Shown here one piece after another: positions 28,449 through 38,092 of a DNA stretch of 46,139 nucleotides. The notes below the pieces were generated by a model, which ran no database searches, was not told the DNA's origin, and saw only the letters and a program-made list of their open reading frames with translations. Each line of letters begins with the position of its first letter. Position 1 is the stretch's first letter. This DNA comes from Promethearchaeati archaeon. GTDB lineage: Archaea; Asgardarchaeota; Heimdallarchaeia; Heimdallarchaeales; Heimdallarchaeaceae. Where the stretch lies: NCBI GenBank assembly GCA_013166775.1, contig JABLTJ010000029.1, positions 1-46,139 of the forward strand. The letters are read 5' to 3'. A program made the translations under genes and the position numbers.

Positions 28449-28892
28449 CTATTTTATGAAATATCTTCCTGTAAATCGTTCATAGATTCCTGGGAGTTTA
28501 TTATTATCAAGCAAGTATAAAAGCCAAACATGTACTTCAGCTTCAATCTGAACCTCACTTCCTCCTCTGTCTCCTCCACTACCAAAACTTCTATGAAATG
28601 GTCCATAAGGTCCGATACCTGCCATGTAGGATGCTTCAGCTAAAGTAATTGCAGCAAGGTCTTTTAGATATATCTCGTCTGAAATACTAATAAGACACCT
28701 AATAAAAGATCTAACTAACCAAGTCACTTGTTCTGTAATTATATTTCCTACCATAGATTTCGCCATTGATTTCACCATTGATTTCATCATTCTTGACATA
28801 GGCATATTCATTTTGTAATTATCAAAGTTATACCTCTCTAAAGCAAAAGGTAAAAGTAAATCTTCTAGCTCCTTAATTTCTCGTTCACTCAT
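28449..28892 (-). CDS. Hypothetical protein with a Met-rich KSMx repeat
   Basis: 147-aa ATG ORF containing MNMPMSRMMKSMVKSMAKSMVG. Confidence 0.7.
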   Translation of the reverse strand: MSEREIKELEDLLLPFALERYNFDNYKMNMPMSRMMKSMVKSMAKSMVGNIITEQVTWLVRSFIRCLISISDEIYLKDLAAITLAEASYMAGIGPYGPFHRSFGSGGDRGGSEVQIEAEVHVWLLYLLDNNKLPGIYERFTGRYFIK

Positions 28893-29036
28893 ATGTGATT
28901 TATTTTCATTGATTATTTATATTTTATCCAGTGGACACTACTTTAAAATGAAGAGTAAAACAACAACAATATTAGAAGAATTATTGGCTTAAATAACTGA
29001 ACAAAGTTTTTAAAGAAGTTTAATAAAAATTCGACT

Positions 29037-29789
29037 ATGATAACAATTGATGTTGTTTGGGCAGCAGCTCTAGGTTATCTTCTTGGTTCTATTCCAATTG
29101 CTTGGATAGTTGTAAAATTATGGCTAAAAATCGATATACGTACTGTTGGTTCCAAGAATGTAGGTGGAAGAAACGTTATACGAGCTTTTCAAGCACAAGA
29201 AAAACCTAAGAAATTAGCTTATACTGTTGGTATTATAGAAGCTATTCTAGACATGTTAAAAGGATTCTTTGCAATGTGGCTAGCAGTATGGATTTCATAT
29301 ACTTTTAGTAATGGAGATATTTGGGTCGTTGCTTTTGCTGGACCAGCTGCAATACTTGGTCATAATTGGTGTATATGGCTTTGGGGTCCAGGCGGTAAAG
29401 GAGTTGCTTCGACACTAGGAACAATGATATTCTTTAATCCTATATTCCTTCCTCTTTGGCTAGTACTTTACTTTGTATTAGGATCTGCAATTATGTACAG
29501 TGCAATAACCTATCTTGTCAGTTTTGTAGTAATGGGTGTAATTTTCATTTTCTGGGGAACGAATATTTGGAAGTGGATTTCACCTGCGAATTCTTCTCCT
29601 CTAATAGATCTAAACGCTACACCAATTGTTGAGATATTTGGATGGGTAGCATTTGCAACCATGTTAGCTATAACATTGGTTGTACTTAGTCGTCAAGGAG
29701 AAAACTTCCAAAAGATTAAGACTGGCGAAGCAAAGAAAATGAAGCTTTGGAAAATATTCAAAGGAAAAGCAGATGAAGCTCTAAAGTAA
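29037..29789 (+). CDS. plsY: PlsY-family glycerol-3-phosphate acyltransferase homologue (divergent)
   Basis: YLLGSIP, DIR.VGS.NVG..N, D.LKG and GH.W......GGKGVA motifs; motif 3 reads RQGEN instead of RHxxN. Confidence 0.85.
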   Translation: MITIDVVWAAALGYLLGSIPIAWIVVKLWLKIDIRTVGSKNVGGRNVIRAFQAQEKPKKLAYTVGIIEAILDMLKGFFAMWLAVWISYTFSNGDIWVVAFAGPAAILGHNWCIWLWGPGGKGVASTLGTMIFFNPIFLPLWLVLYFVLGSAIMYSAITYLVSFVVMGVIFIFWGTNIWKWISPANSSPLIDLNATPIVEIFGWVAFATMLAITLVVLSRQGENFQKIKTGEAKKMKLWKIFKGKADEALK

Positions 29790-29864
29790 CATTTGTTGTT
29801 TCTTACCTTTTTCTTTCTTTTTTCACAAATTATTTAATGTATCAAAGAATAATGAAATTAACAA

Positions 29865-30266
29865 ATGTCCTTTCCAGAAGAAGATTTTTTTGAATTCATA
29901 GATACATTGCAGAGTGAAAAAAATTCTGTTATTATAGTTGAAGGTATCAATGATAGGAAAGCTCTGGAGTTCTGGGATATTGAAATTCCAATTGAAATTT
30001 TACGTCATCCATGGTTTGAATTTATTGAAAATGTCATGGAGAAATATTCCAAAGATACTCAGATTATTCTATTACTTGATTCTGATCCTCAAGGAAGGAA
30101 ATATCATAAAAAGCTCAAAAATGAATTTAGGAAATATAGTTTCAAAGTTAATTCTGGGTACTGGTTGAAAATACAACGTTATCATATCACTTGTATAGAA
30201 GGATTAACTAGTCAGCAATTTCAAGAACTTAGACTAAGGTATCTTAATCTCAAAGTTGAGGATTGA
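29865..30266 (+). CDS. Small Toprim-domain protein (UPF0292/RNase M5-like)
   Basis: IIVEG.ND..AL, LLDSD.QG (DxD) and IEGL motifs. Confidence 0.85.
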   Translation: MSFPEEDFFEFIDTLQSEKNSVIIVEGINDRKALEFWDIEIPIEILRHPWFEFIENVMEKYSKDTQIILLLDSDPQGRKYHKKLKNEFRKYSFKVNSGYWLKIQRYHITCIEGLTSQQFQELRLRYLNLKVED

Positions 30267-31565
30267 TTAATCAATTGAATATAGGATATCTGTAGTCTTT
30301 TCGATGTCTTCATCTCTTATTGAACAAAATGCTACTCTGATGCCATTTAATCCATTACTCCGGTTTTCAAATGGAACTGTGCCAAGTCCTTTATCCAACA
30401 ATTTCTTGCTGACTTCAGTAGCTGATTTGTTGTTCTTTAGAAGGAAATAACTGAAGAATCCAGAATTATATTCAATAGGAAAAAGTAGTTTGGTTTCCTT
30501 TTCATCTGCTATTCTTTTCATGTTCTTGTATCTATTTGAGAGAATATTGTGAACTATTTTTCTTTCTTGTTGAATTTTAGTTTGTTTGCCATTATCTTCA
30601 AGAACATTAATTATAGCTTCTTGAATTCCACGAGGTGAATTAGATACTGATGATCTAGTTATTTTTGCTAGTACCTCTCTTATAGATGTCTTTTCTTCTT
30701 CATCGATTTCATATCCAAAACCTAATGTTACTGCTCCTAATCTTGCACCATAGGCACAATAACGTTTTGAAGCACCATCCATTTTAACTACAATTACATT
30801 CTCATTCAATCCAACTAAGTGTGGGAAAAGAGAATAATTGATGACATCAGATTCATACACGTATCCTTCATAAGCATCATCAAGCAAAATGATGGTTGGT
30901 GTTGTCACCTCTGAAAGAGATTCCTGAAGAATTTTAACTTGTTCAAAAGAAGGACTTATTCCTGAAGGATTATTTGGGAAATTCAGATAAATACCAAATT
31001 TCTTACCATTATTATCCAATATCTTAATTTTTTCTGCTAAATCTAAGAAACTCAATTGCCCTTCCCCATCTAGCAATTCATAATTTACTTCTTTTAAACG
31101 TTGATTCTTTAGAAGAACATTATCTATGTTTCCCCATCTGGAATTGGGGATTAATAATGAATCATCTCTATCAAGAAAGGCTTCTCCTGCTAAAGATAAT
31201 CCACCAGTTAAACCACATGAAGTTAGTGGTAAGGTTGATAATCTGTCTGTTCTTTCAACGCGATCAGCTGGGAAACTGGCTAGAGTATCTTCTTTCCAAA
31301 GCTTAGCAAATTTAGGCATTCCTCTTATATTAGCGTAAGCGAAAATCTGATCTCCAGACAATTTTCCAAATTCCTCCAATAGGGTTGGAAAAATCAGAAG
31401 AGAACCATCATTATTTCGAGCAGTACCTACAGTTGCATTAATGAAGTTTGGTAAATCCTTTGCCTTCTCTTTGGACTTATTATCCCATCCCTTGGTCCCT
31501 CCGGAAAGATCTATTCTCTCATCTAAATAGAGACTTTTTTTAGAAAGATTTTCATGACTTCTCAT
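30267..31565 (-). CDS. Class I/II PLP-dependent aminotransferase
   Basis: INATVG, NFPNNPSG, DDAYEGY, DGASK....GARLG (PLP Lys) and IRVAF motifs. Confidence 0.9.
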   Translation of the reverse strand: MRSHENLSKKSLYLDERIDLSGGTKGWDNKSKEKAKDLPNFINATVGTARNNDGSLLIFPTLLEEFGKLSGDQIFAYANIRGMPKFAKLWKEDTLASFPADRVERTDRLSTLPLTSCGLTGGLSLAGEAFLDRDDSLLIPNSRWGNIDNVLLKNQRLKEVNYELLDGEGQLSFLDLAEKIKILDNNGKKFGIYLNFPNNPSGISPSFEQVKILQESLSEVTTPTIILLDDAYEGYVYESDVINYSLFPHLVGLNENVIVVKMDGASKRYCAYGARLGAVTLGFGYEIDEEEKTSIREVLAKITRSSVSNSPRGIQEAIINVLEDNGKQTKIQQERKIVHNILSNRYKNMKRIADEKETKLLFPIEYNSGFFSYFLLKNNKSATEVSKKLLDKGLGTVPFENRSNGLNGIRVAFCSIRDEDIEKTTDILYSID

Positions 31566-31618
31566 AATTGAGAATAGGCACTATATCGAGCTTTTAAACA
31601 TTGAGAAATGTACCAAGA

Positions 31619-32146
31619 TTAGTATTGTTTACATCCACATCTGTCTTCAGAGAAGTAATCATCAATTACTTTCGCATGACCTCCCTCATGACCATGTTCA
31701 TCGCCCTTATATCGATAGCTAAAAAGAGATTTAACTGATACAGGATCACCATTAGACCAAAGATAATCTGTAGTATAGCTGAGCTCTTTTTCCGACAATG
31801 AATCTATCTTACTTAGAAGTTCTTTAAATGATTCTTGCCATTCCTCTATTACTTCTTCAAGAGAATAAGAACGCTTAATTGTTATTTTCAAGATATTGAA
31901 ATCAGCTTCTAATTGCTTTATCTTCCTTTGATCTTCAATAAACCAGGGTTTTTCGTTTTTCAAAAGCAAATCAAAAGATTTTATCAGCTCTTTATTCCAT
32001 GATGTTACATGCACTAGAATGTCTTTTACATTCCAATTCCCTTGAATTCTTAGATTCAACATTTCTTCTTTGTGCAATGATTCTACAACAAATTCCATCT
32101 TATCATGATCTTCTGAGAGAAAATCTAGTATCTGCTGTTTTGTCAT
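31619..32146 (-). CDS. DinB-like four-helix-bundle protein (ClbS/DfsB, DUF1706-like)
   Basis: WNVKDILVH..W, FN.......SL.EV and C-terminal HE..H metal-ligand pattern. Confidence 0.8.
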   Translation of the reverse strand: MTKQQILDFLSEDHDKMEFVVESLHKEEMLNLRIQGNWNVKDILVHVTSWNKELIKSFDLLLKNEKPWFIEDQRKIKQLEADFNILKITIKRSYSLEEVIEEWQESFKELLSKIDSLSEKELSYTTDYLWSNGDPVSVKSLFSYRYKGDEHGHEGGHAKVIDDYFSEDRCGCKQY

Positions 32147-32245
32147 TAAAGGATGTATCTACCTTAGTTTTAATAGTTTTCTGGAATAACAGAAAAATAA
32201 AGATTTATTAGCAGATGGTTTTAGAAAGAGGTGTGAGGAATCCAA

Positions 32246-34180
32246 ATGGACGTAGTACTGTTTAAAGGAATTCTGCAAAAATCTTCCGTAAAGTTTGGGC
32301 TATTATCAAAGAAAATGATTCTAAGTTTTGAAAAAGATGGAAAACATCTTCTTCCACGTGACAGAAGTAAACAGCTGATTGAATTACCTTCAGAAATTGA
32401 TTTAAGGAAGATAAAGAAAAATTCCAAAGAAGCATCGAAAGCAATCGAATTTTATCTCAATTATCCAGAATTAGAGAGTACAGCATTTGGTGCGTATATG
32501 ATTGATTATTATATTCAAGAAATGTCAAACAAGGATCAGATTATAGAGGAACTTGATGAAGAAGCAAGAAGTTTCTTTGATCCCCTGATTGAACGCTTTT
32601 TGCAACCTACTTTTCTTAAGAATTCTGCATTTTATCCTAATTATGAAAAAGAATCTAAAGTGATATCGAGATATGCACTTCTTGATTTAGAGCTAGTGTT
32701 TGGGACAGTATTGAGAAATATCGAAGGTCTTCTTTTCAAGGATGAGAAACCTGTTCCCATCTTCCCTTTGAGATATTCAACTCGAGCTGTAACTGAGGAT
32801 GATCTAGATAAACTTGAAGGTATTGTTAAAGAAAGATTAGCTAAATGGTTTAGTTGGAGAACAATCTTGAGGAAAGCTCCTTATTTCTACAACCACATAA
32901 TCCATTGGATTCACCAGATTCTAGAAAAACTGTATCCTGAGGATCAAGAAGTAATAAAAGATATAGTTGAGACTACAGAACGAGCTGAAGTATTTGGCAA
33001 TCCTGATATCTTTGACTCTCTTCAGCAAGGAGAGGACTTCAAAGCTGATGACCTATCTTCAGTTAGTTTAAACAAAAATATATTGTATTATCTATCTTTA
33101 CAATATTTCTTACAAGAAAAGCAATTAACTTTCAAGAAATATAATCAAACAGGTGCATTCGGATATCAGAATATTCTTATCTCAATGGCAAATATATTCA
33201 CTTCATTACCTCTATTCACAAATTTTAATCCTCCATTCGCTATGATTGCTGGAGGATTAATAGAATGGATAGAACAAGGACTTCCTTTCAACGCTATTCG
33301 AGGGAATCAGCAACTTGATCCCTATAATATTATTCCCAATGCTCTAGGTTTCTATCTATCAATTATCAGTAGCAAAATTAAAACTTTAAAAGAAAGAAAA
33401 TTCCTTCTCGCAAAATCATTGGAAAAGATTTTTTCTCCTTCAGTATTCAAGGAAGGTTTGGTTTGGCATAAGCGATCAACTTTAGCTATGCAAGGAAAAG
33501 ATGCTAATGTTGAGAACATAGAGATTACAGATGAAGAAAATCTAGAAAAACTCAAGGAGATTCAAGAATCTCTGGATAAATATGCTAAATCACTAAGATT
33601 AAGAAAAGAAAAACAAGAAGAAATCAAATCGATTGTTGAAAAAATGAATATTATTGACAAAGATTTCGATGAGATGAAGGAAGAAAGAGATAATTTCTTG
33701 AAAATTAATGATAGTTCAAAGGAACTTCTTACCGACTTTCAGAAGGATTTTCTACTTTCAGTACAATTATTTGAGAATGATAAGAAGATTCTTGATTCTT
33801 TCGCAGAATTATTTGATTTTACAAATAAATATATAGTATTAGGAAATGCTAGTTCACTCTATGGTCTCGCGCTTCTTTTCTGGATGATTAGTATTACTAA
33901 TGAAGGTTCATTGAAGTGGCTAACCCAAGCAATTGAAGATAAACCTGATCTTTCCTATGAAAGTAAAATTCTTACTGTAGTTTGTACTATATACAACACC
34001 TCTCTTCAAGGATTGAAAATTAGAGACCACCCATTAATTGAGACTACAGCTCCTACAGTAATTGTTCAAACAGCTCAAAACCTAAGTGAATTTCTAGTTG
34101 CTAAAGATATTTCAGAAGAGGAAAATTACCCATTCTATGATTTATTGATAAAAAATCTAGAAACTGTCTACCCTATGTAA
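32246..34180 (+). CDS. Large hypothetical protein with a central-C-terminal coiled coil
   Basis: 644-aa ORF with GAGG upstream; heptad-like charged segment EENLEKLKEIQESLDKYAKSLRLRKEKQEEIK; no recognised motif. Confidence 0.75.
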   Translation: MDVVLFKGILQKSSVKFGLLSKKMILSFEKDGKHLLPRDRSKQLIELPSEIDLRKIKKNSKEASKAIEFYLNYPELESTAFGAYMIDYYIQEMSNKDQIIEELDEEARSFFDPLIERFLQPTFLKNSAFYPNYEKESKVISRYALLDLELVFGTVLRNIEGLLFKDEKPVPIFPLRYSTRAVTEDDLDKLEGIVKERLAKWFSWRTILRKAPYFYNHIIHWIHQILEKLYPEDQEVIKDIVETTERAEVFGNPDIFDSLQQGEDFKADDLSSVSLNKNILYYLSLQYFLQEKQLTFKKYNQTGAFGYQNILISMANIFTSLPLFTNFNPPFAMIAGGLIEWIEQGLPFNAIRGNQQLDPYNIIPNALGFYLSIISSKIKTLKERKFLLAKSLEKIFSPSVFKEGLVWHKRSTLAMQGKDANVENIEITDEENLEKLKEIQESLDKYAKSLRLRKEKQEEIKSIVEKMNIIDKDFDEMKEERDNFLKINDSSKELLTDFQKDFLLSVQLFENDKKILDSFAELFDFTNKYIVLGNASSLYGLALLFWMISITNEGSLKWLTQAIEDKPDLSYESKILTVVCTIYNTSLQGLKIRDHPLIETTAPTVIVQTAQNLSEFLVAKDISEEENYPFYDLLIKNLETVYPM

Positions 34181-34253
34181 ATAAATCAAAATAAATGAAG
34201 AATTTTTAGTAGAATTAAAAGATTTATAATCCAATCTAATTCTCTTTCTTTCA

Positions 34254-35213
34254 ATGCACTATGTAGCCCAACTTGCAATAAGCATTGTAACAATCTATGG
34301 TGGTATAGGTGCAGGATTCCTTTTCCAGAAATTACCCAAATCAGAGCAAGTAGGTAAATGGATGCTTTTTGCAGGATTGAACATTCTTACACCTCTCATG
34401 CTGATTTTTGTATTTTTAGATCTAGAATCTTTTAACGGAGTAAACTGGGGGTATGTTTTTCTTGTCTGTACTGTTGCAATGTTTATATCAATGATAATAG
34501 ACTGGATAATGATTAGAAAAAAAAACATGACAAAAGCAGCAAAAGGAGCAGAATTAAGTGCTATGGGATTCATGAATGGAATTTTTTATCCATTTCCCAT
34601 AATAATTGGAGTCTTACCTCCTGAACATCAAGCTGAGGGTTTACTTGCTGCTTCTCTATTTTTACTAATCCAGACTATATATCGAAATAGTTTCGGTGTA
34701 TACATTGGCATACACTATGGCTCAACTTCAAGAAAATCATTGCTAAGAATTCTCAGGGAATTATTGCTTTTTCCCCCAACCTTAGGGATGTTTCTTGGTA
34801 TTATTTTACGATTTACAGTAGGTCGGTATGAAAGTAGTGATTTAGTTGCTATATCTGTTTTGAATAATATTACAATGTTCATAATGCTAGCTATAGTGGG
34901 ATTAGGTTTTATATTACCTAGGAAGGAAGAATGGAAGGAAATTCCAATTATCAGAGGAATAATTGCTAGATTCGGAGGAGGATTGTTAACCATTATAATG
35001 ATAATCTTTCTGCCTCTTACTATAATCGCTCAAATACCTTTAATTATTCAGAGTATTGCTCCTCCAGCAGTCAATAATTCTGCTTATGCGAAATTTTTCG
35101 AATTAGATGAAATCTTAACAAGTAGATTCATTACAATATTGACTTTAATTGCATTAATGTTTCTACCAATCGAAATAGCTATATTGATGTGGTGGCAGCA
35201 AATAATACTATAG
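34254..35213 (+). CDS. AEC (auxin efflux carrier/malate permease) family transporter
   Basis: 10 TM segments in two repeats; F.NG.F.PFP, FPP..G and PPAVNN..YA motifs. Confidence 0.82.
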   Translation: MHYVAQLAISIVTIYGGIGAGFLFQKLPKSEQVGKWMLFAGLNILTPLMLIFVFLDLESFNGVNWGYVFLVCTVAMFISMIIDWIMIRKKNMTKAAKGAELSAMGFMNGIFYPFPIIIGVLPPEHQAEGLLAASLFLLIQTIYRNSFGVYIGIHYGSTSRKSLLRILRELLLFPPTLGMFLGIILRFTVGRYESSDLVAISVLNNITMFIMLAIVGLGFILPRKEEWKEIPIIRGIIARFGGGLLTIIMIIFLPLTIIAQIPLIIQSIAPPAVNNSAYAKFFELDEILTSRFITILTLIALMFLPIEIAILMWWQQIIL

Positions 35214-35309
35214 AATATATTGGTGACAACATATAATATGTTAAACACATTTTGGTAGTAACAAGTTTTAATATAGTCATAATTTGCTTTCACCCTAAAG
35301 AAAGATAAT

Positions 35310-35357
35310 CATAAATTGACTGTACCATAAATTGACTGCACTGAAGAGGTTTATGGT
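35310..35357. promoter_or_regulatory. 16-bp tandem direct repeat plus an inverted half-site upstream of the OFOR promoter
   Basis: CATAAATTGACTGTAC (35310-35325) and CATAAATTGACTGCAC (35326-35341); ACCATAAA...TTTATGGT inverted pair; TATA-like TTTTAAATA at 35371-35379. Confidence 0.55.
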
Positions 35358-35424
35358 CATTCAAAACAGTTTTTAAATAACTTTAAAGATGAGCTCATAA
35401 TATCTAGAACTAGAGGAAAATTAA

Positions 35425-37173
35425 ATGAAAAAGGATGTTGTGATCCGTTTTGTTGGTAGTGCAGGAGATGGTCTTGTCAGCTTAGGTACACTCTTTGGAA
35501 GGATACTTAAGAAACATAATCTCAATGTTTTAGGTTTCCGAAGTTATCAATCTGTTATAAGGGGGGGATACAATACTTATCAAATTAGATTTTCACGGGA
35601 TGAGGTTTTATCAGTTGGAGAAGGAGCAGATGTTATCTTCCTACTAAACAAACATGTTGCTAATCTCCATAAATCTGTTGTAAATAAGGGGGCAATGGTC
35701 ATATATGACAGTGATACAATGGATCTTGATGAGTTTGATTACCCAAGTGATATTGTAAAACTTGATATTCCACTGGTATCGATTACTAAAGATATTTCAA
35801 AGCTGAAAATTCTTAAGAATATAGTAGGTTTTGGTGCTATAATACAAATTCTTGGTTTAGATGAAACTTTAACGAAAGAAGTTATATTAGAACAATTTGA
35901 GAGAAAAGGCGAAGAGGTTGTATCTACAAATTATGAAGCTTTAGACAAAGGTGTAAAATTCGCCTTAGAGAACCAATGGCCAATAATTTGGGAGAAACAT
36001 AAATACGAAAAAGCACAACAAATGCTTATTACAGGTAATGAAGCTTTAGCTCTAGGAATGATTTCTGCAGGATTAAAATTCTACAGTGGATACCCAATGA
36101 CTCCTGCAACTTCAATAGTTCACTATTTGACAAAACACCTGCCAAAACTGGGTATGATTGTAAAACAGACAGAGGATGAACTTGCTGCTGTTGGAATGGC
36201 TATAGGTGCTGCTTATACTGGAGCAAGATCAGCTACAGGGACTTCAGGGGGTGGTTTTGCACTAATGACGGAACTTATTGGAATGGCTGGAATTGAAGAA
36301 ATTCCTCTTGTTGTTATTAATTCTCAAAGAGCTGGTCCGTCTACAGGAATGGCCACTAAAACAGCTCAAGCTGATCTTTTTCAAGCATATGGTGCATCAC
36401 ATGGAGAATTTCCGAAAGTAATAATAGCTCCTTGTTGTGTAGATGAATCTTTTCTTGTAGGAAGAGAGGCATTAGAAATCGCAGAAAAATATCAAGTAGC
36501 TGTAATAGTTTTAATGGATTTGTATCTATCAGAGCAAATAGCTACAATCAGAAAACTTGATATGAAAAAGAAGAATCAACGCTACGGTATTGAAAACAAT
36601 CCTAGTGATAAATTTGTTAGATACAAAATTACAAAAACTGGTGTATCTCCTCGAACAATCCCTGGTACTGTTAAAGGCATGCATTTTACAGGATCTAGCG
36701 AAAGAAACGAAGAAGGAACCTCACTAGCTTCAACGTTAGCAGGATTGCCAGAAACGTTACCAATCAGAGAATCAATGGTTGAAAAAAGAATGAGGAAACT
36801 AGAATATATCCAGAAAGAATTCCCTGAACCTAAAATAGTAGGTTCAGATAAAGCTGAAATTACATTAATCACTTGGGGTTCAACAAAGTATATCGTGCAA
36901 GAAGCAATACAAGAATTAATGAATGAAGGAATTGAAGCTAATCAATTACACTTGAAATATCTCAATCCACTTAATTCAGAGAAAGTAATAGAAATCTTAT
37001 CCAAAGCATCCAAAACAATCTGTGTTGAACAGAATTATACCGGACAAATGAGTGATTATCTTAGAATGAAAACTGGAATAAATGCAGATGCTCATTTACG
37101 TAGATGGGATGGAGAACCAATTACGACAACGCAAGTAGTAGAAAAAGTCAAAGAGGTGGTCAAAAATGAGTGA
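35425..37173 (+). CDS. korA: 2-oxoacid:ferredoxin oxidoreductase subunit alpha (fused gamma-alpha)
   Basis: G.AGDG, IRGG, GNEA.A.G, YPMTPAT, EDE.AA, TSGGGF.LM and QRAGPSTG motifs; substrate not determinable. Confidence 0.9.
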   Translation: MKKDVVIRFVGSAGDGLVSLGTLFGRILKKHNLNVLGFRSYQSVIRGGYNTYQIRFSRDEVLSVGEGADVIFLLNKHVANLHKSVVNKGAMVIYDSDTMDLDEFDYPSDIVKLDIPLVSITKDISKLKILKNIVGFGAIIQILGLDETLTKEVILEQFERKGEEVVSTNYEALDKGVKFALENQWPIIWEKHKYEKAQQMLITGNEALALGMISAGLKFYSGYPMTPATSIVHYLTKHLPKLGMIVKQTEDELAAVGMAIGAAYTGARSATGTSGGGFALMTELIGMAGIEEIPLVVINSQRAGPSTGMATKTAQADLFQAYGASHGEFPKVIIAPCCVDESFLVGREALEIAEKYQVAVIVLMDLYLSEQIATIRKLDMKKKNQRYGIENNPSDKFVRYKITKTGVSPRTIPGTVKGMHFTGSSERNEEGTSLASTLAGLPETLPIRESMVEKRMRKLEYIQKEFPEPKIVGSDKAEITLITWGSTKYIVQEAIQELMNEGIEANQLHLKYLNPLNSEKVIEILSKASKTICVEQNYTGQMSDYLRMKTGINADAHLRRWDGEPITTTQVVEKVKEVVKNE

Positions 37174-38056
37174 TGAATATAATTATACGATAAAGGATTT
37201 TGAGAGCTCATTCCGACCTACCTGGTGCAATGGCTGTGGAAATTTTGCTCAATGGAGAGCTATTCGTCAAGCATTAATTGAACTTGAATTACTTCCCGAA
37301 GAAGTGGTTACTGTAAGTGGTATAGGTTGTTCTTCACACATGCCTAATTTCCTGAATGTATTTGGTCTTCAAACTGTTCATGGGAGAGGTATACCAGTAG
37401 CAACAGGAATTAGATTAGCAAATCCTCATCTAACTGTATTAGTTTATGGTGGAGATGGAGATGTATATGGAATAGGGGGAAATCACTTTTTACATGCCTG
37501 CAGAAGGAATGTGGATATTATAACCATTGTTTCTAATAATTTCGTTTATGGTTTAACTACTGGTCAAGCAAGCGCAACAACTCCAGTAGGTACAATAACA
37601 AGAACCACTCCAAGAGGATCAATAGAGAATCCAATTAATCCAATAACTGTAGCGATATCAGCTGGAGCAACATTCGTCGCTAGAGCATTTTCAGGCGATT
37701 TGGAACATCTAACTTATGTAATTAAGGAAGCAATAGCTCATCGTGGTTTTGCATTTGTAGATGTGTTCAGCCCTTGTATAACATTCAATAAAAATCAAAC
37801 CTTCAATTACTTTAGAGAAAGAGTATACAAATTAGAAGAGATAGGACATGATAAGGACGACTACTTTGAAGCTTTAGATTTATCAAATCAACGATTTTTC
37901 AAAGAAAAACTTCCAATTGGAATCTTCTATCAAATAGAAAATAAAACAACATATGAAGAAAGAGATTTTGCACTTAATCAAGGAGTTATACCTGCACATG
38001 CAGATTTAGAATTATCAGATGAGCAAATTGAAGCAATTACTAAGGAGTTTTACTAA
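37166..38056 (+). CDS. korB: 2-oxoacid:ferredoxin oxidoreductase subunit beta
   Basis: WCNGCG, SGIGCS, HGR, GDGD..GIG (TPP binding), N..YGLT.GQ.S and PC.TFN motifs. Confidence 0.9.
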   Translation: MSDEYNYTIKDFESSFRPTWCNGCGNFAQWRAIRQALIELELLPEEVVTVSGIGCSSHMPNFLNVFGLQTVHGRGIPVATGIRLANPHLTVLVYGGDGDVYGIGGNHFLHACRRNVDIITIVSNNFVYGLTTGQASATTPVGTITRTTPRGSIENPINPITVAISAGATFVARAFSGDLEHLTYVIKEAIAHRGFAFVDVFSPCITFNKNQTFNYFRERVYKLEEIGHDKDDYFEALDLSNQRFFKEKLPIGIFYQIENKTTYEERDFALNQGVIPAHADLELSDEQIEAITKEFY

Positions 38057-38092
38057 ATGTATTCGATAGTAATTAATACTTGAGGGAATTAT

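Noticed and set aside
35310-35341. Mini CRISPR array
   Set aside because: Only two abutting 16-bp copies, no spacers and no cas genes.
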